DNA of 64,000 nucleotides from Clostridia bacterium. Its GTDB lineage: Bacteria; Bacillota; Clostridia; Monoglobales; Firm-18. A model generated the notes under the pieces. That model saw only the letters and a list, made by a program, of their open reading frames with translations. It was not told the origin of the DNA and did no database searches. A program made the translations under genes and the position numbers. The stretch spans positions 178 through 64,177 of the forward strand of contig JAZOOD010000066.1 in the NCBI GenBank assembly GCA_045654805.1, in the 5' to 3' direction. Shown one piece after another: positions 59,828-64,000 of this stretch; position 1 is the first letter of the stretch; each line of letters opens with the position of its first letter.

Positions 59828-60861
59828 TATTTTTTACCCTTCAGTACAAATAATTTTCTCCTGAGTTCTATTGCCAAATGCAGTGATTTGTCAATAATCT
59901 TGCCTGTCAATGGTTTTAGCGGCAATTCATATTCACCTACAAATTCCACAAAGTCACCGCCAAAGCGTTTTTTAAATCTGTAAAGACCGTATAATGGGTT
60001 GTCCTCGCTGATATCACCTGAAACACCGCGGAAGTCGTATATCTTACAACCTGCCTCTATTGACCACCTCATCATTTCCCACTGTAAAAGATAGTTAGGC
60101 ATAGCCTTGCGGTTTTCATTAGAGCTTGCACCGTACAGATACCAAACCTTGTCCCCATATAAGATTGCAATAGTGCCTGCAATCATCTTACCGTCAAGGT
60201 AAGCACAGTAAAGGCGTAAATTTTCAGGCGCAAAGCAATCATACATCTTTTCAAAATATTCCAAAGTGCGTACAACAAATTTGTCACGCAGGCCAGTTTC
60301 TACCATAATTTTGTGAAATTCCGGCAAATCTTCCCTTGTGCCGATTTTTACTTCAACCCCCGCCTTGTCCCTTGCTATGCGGACCTTACGGCGGTTTTCA
60401 GTATGGAACCCGGCAAAAATTTCATCCTCTGTTTTGCCCTCTACATTTAACCTGAACACAAATTTAGGCTGTATGCCTTCAAAATTTTTACCTGTTTTTT
60501 GAAGCTTATAACCGCATTCCGCCATTATGTCCATAAACTCTTTATCTTCCACACTTACGTCAGGGTCTATTTTCATAACATAAGCCTTGTACTTTTTGGC
60601 AAGCTCACGGACCTTGCTTGTAAGCTCCATAATTGTGTCCTTATCGTGCACATCACACACAGGACCGCGGGGTGCATACATCATTGTATAAGGCACAAGG
60701 GGCATTTTACGTATCAAAATACTCATCATACCCTTGATATTGCCCTTTTCATCCTCGGCGGTAACCACCTCGTGCTTCCAGTTATCTTTAAGCTGTGCCC
60801 ATTTTTCAGATTGACAAAAATGTCCCTTGGGATGATTTTGTACAAACTCTTCGTAATTCAT
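59827..60861 (-). CDS. FemABX/MurM-family peptidoglycan bridge aminoacyltransferase
   Basis: F.QS..W..LK..W, YAPRGP, YLYGAS, YDFRG, GLYRFKKRFGG. Confidence 0.92.
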   Translation of the reverse strand: MNYEEFVQNHPKGHFCQSEKWAQLKDNWKHEVVTAEDEKGNIKGMMSILIRKMPLVPYTMMYAPRGPVCDVHDKDTIMELTSKVRELAKKYKAYVMKIDPDVSVEDKEFMDIMAECGYKLQKTGKNFEGIQPKFVFRLNVEGKTEDEIFAGFHTENRRKVRIARDKAGVEVKIGTREDLPEFHKIMVETGLRDKFVVRTLEYFEKMYDCFAPENLRLYCAYLDGKMIAGTIAILYGDKVWYLYGASSNENRKAMPNYLLQWEMMRWSIEAGCKIYDFRGVSGDISEDNPLYGLYRFKKRFGGDFVEFVGEYELPLKPLTGKIIDKSLHLAIELRRKLFVLKGKK

Positions 60862-60880
60862 ATTCAACCGTCCATTCTTT

Positions 60881-61318
60881 TTAATATTCAAAAAATTCGA
60901 TATTTTCTTCCGTAATTATAAAATAGCCTTTGTTTGACGGATTTAAACATCTTACACCGCATATTACTTCGTCTGCAAACCTATGTGTATGTCCGAAAAG
61001 TGCAAGGTCGCACCCCATTTCCCTTGCCCGTCCCGCAAGGAGGGTATATCCGCCCTTTACACCGTAACCGTGGCCGTGGGTTGCAAATATATTATACCCG
61101 CACAGGCTAAGGAACATATCAGGCTTTGCAAAGCTTAACAAATCATTATTCCCCTGTATTTTGTAGTATATTTTATCGGGAAAATGCTCCTGAATATCAT
61201 CTGCGTCCCTTACCATATCCCCAAGGTGTATTACATTGGTGATGTCAGGGTTTTGGTGAAGAACATTTAAAACCATATTAATTTGTCTGTGAGTATCGGA
61301 AATTACTAAAATTTTCAT
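60881..61318 (-). CDS. YfcE/YsnB-like metallophosphoesterase
   Basis: ISDTH, HLGD, GNND, THGH, FGHTH, NP. Confidence 0.9.
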   Translation of the reverse strand: MKILVISDTHRQINMVLNVLHQNPDITNVIHLGDMVRDADDIQEHFPDKIYYKIQGNNDLLSFAKPDMFLSLCGYNIFATHGHGYGVKGGYTLLAGRAREMGCDLALFGHTHRFADEVICGVRCLNPSNKGYFIITEENIEFFEY

Positions 61319-61434
61319 ACATTATATTATAACAAAAGTATATATAAAAATCAATTCTTTTTACATATTTTTCACATATTAAAGGGGGTTGCATAGTATG
61401 TAGTGTAATCCAAATTATTATGGAGGTGCAAATT

Positions 61435-61500
61435 ATGTTTAATAACGATTCCAATATATTGTTCTTTATCATAATTTTCCTTATTTTGTTCTATTGCTAA
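61435..61500 (+). CDS. Unannotated 21-aa hydrophobic peptide MFNNDSNILFFIIIFLILFYC
   Basis: RBS GGAGGTG 6 nt upstream; sigmaK-like CACA-N15-CATAGTATG promoter; hairpin downstream. Confidence 0.65.
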   Translation: MFNNDSNILFFIIIFLILFYC

Positions 61501-61563
61501 AAGTCATAAAAAAATTATAAGCGCCATACCTTTTAGTATGGCGTTTATATTGGAGGTATATAT

Positions 61564-61812
61564 ATGGATATAAATGAATTTGCAAGGGGATTTAATGACC
61601 CAAAACTAAAGGAAGCTGTAATGAGGCTTGGGAATTCACCCGACGGGCAAAAGCTTTTGAAAAATCTTACCCCTGCTGACAAACAAAATCTGTTAAACCA
61701 AATAGGCAAGCTTAATGCCAATGGTGTTTCAACGGATATGCTGCTCAGGCAAATAAACAACAATCCGAATATTTTAAATCAGCTTAACTCTTTAATTAAC
61801 AAAAAGAGGTGA
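61564..61812 (+). CDS. Small hypothetical protein (Asn/Gln/Leu-rich), probably sporulation
   Basis: RBS GGAGGT; operon-like spacing. Confidence 0.65.
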   Translation: MDINEFARGFNDPKLKEAVMRLGNSPDGQKLLKNLTPADKQNLLNQIGKLNANGVSTDMLLRQINNNPNILNQLNSLINKKR

Positions 61813-61816
61813 TAAT

Positions 61817-62152
61817 ATGGACGATTTAAGTAGTGCAATAAGCCAGCTTCAAAATATGCTGTCATCCGACGAGGGTAAAAAGGGACTGGAGGATATGATA
61901 GGCTCTTTGGGCGTTTCCACACAGGAAAACAACACTGCACCAAATACACCCGCAAATCTTTTCAGCCCTGATAATATGATGAAAATGCGTAGTATAATAG
62001 ATTCTTTTCAAAACCACGACGACCCAAGGTCTCAGCTTCTTTTAGCTTTAAAGCCCTATTTGAGTGCATCAAGGGGAGCAAGGCTGGATACTGCCATAAT
62101 GCTCCTTAGTTTAGGTAAAATACCGGGAATTATGAGGAATTTCCGTGGATAG
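61817..62152 (+). CDS. Conserved clostridial hypothetical protein, probably sporulation
   Basis: RBS GAGGTG; DPRSQLLLALKPYLS motif. Confidence 0.7.
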   Translation: MDDLSSAISQLQNMLSSDEGKKGLEDMIGSLGVSTQENNTAPNTPANLFSPDNMMKMRSIIDSFQNHDDPRSQLLLALKPYLSASRGARLDTAIMLLSLGKIPGIMRNFRG

Positions 62153-62154
62153 AG

Positions 62155-62448
62155 GTGATGTTTTTGGTATATAAAAGATACAGCAGTCCCTTTGAGGATA
62201 AAAAGCAACCTGCCCCGCCTCATATAAAGCACGACGAAAAATGCGAAGAAAAAAAGGAACAGAAACAACAGTGCCATACATCCCAAAGCCCCTTATCCTT
62301 GGGGTTTTTGGATAACCTTGGCTATGATGACATTATAATAATAGCTTTGATAATAATACTTTTAGGGGAAGACAAAAACAAGCGAGATGTTCCCCTTATA
62401 TTGACACTGGGCTTTTTATTCCTTATTCAATACATAGATGCAGATTGA
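62155..62448 (+). CDS. Small membrane hypothetical protein
   Basis: DDIIIIALIIILL...D..LILTLGFLFL; exact start uncertain. Confidence 0.6.
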   Translation: MMFLVYKRYSSPFEDKKQPAPPHIKHDEKCEEKKEQKQQCHTSQSPLSLGFLDNLGYDDIIIIALIIILLGEDKNKRDVPLILTLGFLFLIQYIDAD

Positions 62449-63356
62449 ATATAACTCTCTGCAAAATGAGATGCAACTGCACCGTCAGCGGTGGCGGTTA
62501 CAATTTGTCTTAAAGCTTTTGTCCTTACATCCCCGGCTGCAAAAACACCGGGGATATTTGTTTTTGTACTTTCATCCGCCACAATGTATCCTGACTTATC
62601 AATATTAATCTGATTTTTAAAAATATCAGTTTCGGGCTTTCTGCCAATGGAGATAAAAAGTCCGTCACAATCTATTTTCCTCTTTGTAACTGTATTTACA
62701 TCCTTGACATTAATTGCCTTTAATTTGTTATCAAAAAGCAGTTCATCCACAACAGTGTTAAAAACAGTTTCAACATTTTCCAACTTCATAAGAGCATTTT
62801 GATATATTTTTGTTGCCCTCAATACTTCTCTGCGGTGTATCAAAAACACTTTTTTACAAATTTTAGCTAAATAAATAGCTTCCGATACTGCGGAATTACC
62901 GCCTCCCACAATTGCAACAGTCTTGCCTTTGTAAAACATACCGTCACAGGTTGCACAATATCCCACACCCTTGCCGATTAAATATTCTTCATTTTCAACA
63001 CCAAGTTTTTTTGGCTGTGCCCCTGTTGCAACTATAACACACTTTGCCAGCATAGTTTTATCAGAGGTTTTTACTCTTTTGATATATCCCTCTAATTCAA
63101 CGGACAAAACTTCGGCATTCAATGTTTTTCCGCCGGATTTTTCTGCCCCCATTTTCATTTTATTCCCCAGTGTATATCCATCTATCCCCTCATCAAATCC
63201 GGGATAGTTATCTATCTGTGATGTCAGGCACATTTGCCCTCCTGCAGACAGCTTTTCAATCAAAAGTGTATCCATACCTGCCCTTGCACAGTATAACGCC
63301 GCAGTATATCCTGCAGGTCCGCCGCCTATAATTATAACATCATATACATGGTTCAT
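62427..63356 (-). CDS. trxB: Thioredoxin-disulfide reductase
   Basis: GGGPAG, NYPG, YCATCDG, GGGNSA, AAGDVR. Confidence 0.96.
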   Translation of the reverse strand: MNHVYDVIIIGGGPAGYTAALYCARAGMDTLLIEKLSAGGQMCLTSQIDNYPGFDEGIDGYTLGNKMKMGAEKSGGKTLNAEVLSVELEGYIKRVKTSDKTMLAKCVIVATGAQPKKLGVENEEYLIGKGVGYCATCDGMFYKGKTVAIVGGGNSAVSEAIYLAKICKKVFLIHRREVLRATKIYQNALMKLENVETVFNTVVDELLFDNKLKAINVKDVNTVTKRKIDCDGLFISIGRKPETDIFKNQINIDKSGYIVADESTKTNIPGVFAAGDVRTKALRQIVTATADGAVASHFAESYIQSASMY

Positions 63357-63658
63357 ATCATTTCCCATATTTGTTCCTTTGTTTTTACCCCTGAAGAACG
63401 GTTGGTGATTTTCCCCTCTTTAAATACCAACAGGGTAGGGATGCTCATAATTTCAAACTTCTGTGCAAGCTCTTCCTCCTCGTCCACATTAACCTTCCCC
63501 ACCTTGATTTCGTGATGTTCCTCCGCAATTTCATCAATTATAGGTGCAAGGCTTTTACAAGGCCCGCACCAGTCTGCCCAAAAGTCCACCAAAACAGGTG
63601 TATCGCAACCCATAACTTCCTTTTGAAAATTTTTATCCGTAATTTTTACAACTGACAT
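63353..63658 (-). CDS. trxA: Thioredoxin
   Basis: DFWADWCGPCK, SIPTL. Confidence 0.97.
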   Translation of the reverse strand: MSVVKITDKNFQKEVMGCDTPVLVDFWADWCGPCKSLAPIIDEIAEEHHEIKVGKVNVDEEEELAQKFEIMSIPTLLVFKEGKITNRSSGVKTKEQIWEMI

Positions 63659-63729
63659 AATTTTTACCTCTCAAAAAAAATTAACATATTACATTTTTAG
63701 TAATATGTTAATTAGGACATTATAACCTG

Positions 63730-64000
63730 TTATTTTATTCCTGATTTGGGGCAATTTTTAATACAAATACCGCACACCGCACCTCTGCCGATGTGCTGGA
63801 ATTGTTTTTTCATATATTCACTACAGGCTTTGGCGTCGTACATTTCCTCGCGGGTTATTCCCTCACGAAAGTTAACGCCGTTTATTGCCATTGCAGGGCA
63901 TTTTTCCCTACATATTGTACATTCTCCGCAATCCTTTTCAAGAGGCATGCCTGTTTTAAAGGGCATATCTGTCAGAATTGTCCCCAAACGTACGGCGGGG
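63730..64000 (-). CDS. Epoxyqueuosine-reductase-like 4Fe-4S protein (5' end outside window)
   Basis: PAVRLGTILTD, CGECTICREKCP, CGICIKNCP. Confidence 0.75.
   Translation of the reverse strand, partial: PAVRLGTILTDMPFKTGMPLEKDCGECTICREKCPAMAINGVNFREGITREEMYDAKACSEYMKKQFQHIGRGAVCGICIKNCPKSGIK

Noticed and set aside
411-63331. Numerous antisense or nested ORFs in the six-frame track (e.g. 411-962, 11059-11655, 19638-20144, 54147-54650)
   Set aside because: They shadow well-supported genes, lack RBSs and show no recognisable motifs.
1-64000. CRISPR array, cas genes, integrase, transposase, prophage, rRNA/tRNA genes
   Set aside because: No regularly spaced short repeats, and no ORF or sequence with the relevant motifs was seen.

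Overview
Chromosomal segment of a low-GC, spore-forming Clostridia (Bacillota) bacterium. Most of it is housekeeping genes (hypE, pflBA, folD, rpsF-ssb-rpsR, rsmD-coaD, trmB, ruvB, mscL, wecB/tagO, trpS, gltX, alr-ndoAI-ndoA, tex, msmX, birA, xth, htrA plus a two-component system, tatD, metG, trxAB) and sporulation genes (spoIIR, spmAB, spoIVFB, small coat-like ORFs). The most striking accessory feature is a candidate polymorphic toxin locus between gltX and the mazEF region (about 33.9-38.6 kb). It has three mosaic copies of an N-terminal module I cannot assign to a known family, ending in a peptidoglycan-binding motif. Two copies are fused to different C-terminal toxin-like domains (a permuted papain-like His/Cys domain and an Ntox44-like domain), each followed by its own membrane-associated putative immunity gene. 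I see no secretion signal or mobility gene. Other highlights: a three-copy modular non-coding repeat with compensatory base changes, always between convergent genes; a ZTP (pfl) riboswitch upstream of pflB; a divergent second alanine racemase coupled to a FemABX-type ligase; sporulation promoters embedded in terminator/RBS-sequestering hairpins; unannotated small ORFs; and a homopolymer frameshift in an RsuA-family gene. All family calls come from motif recognition by eye; no database searches were run. Start codons were adjusted by RBS inspection where noted.
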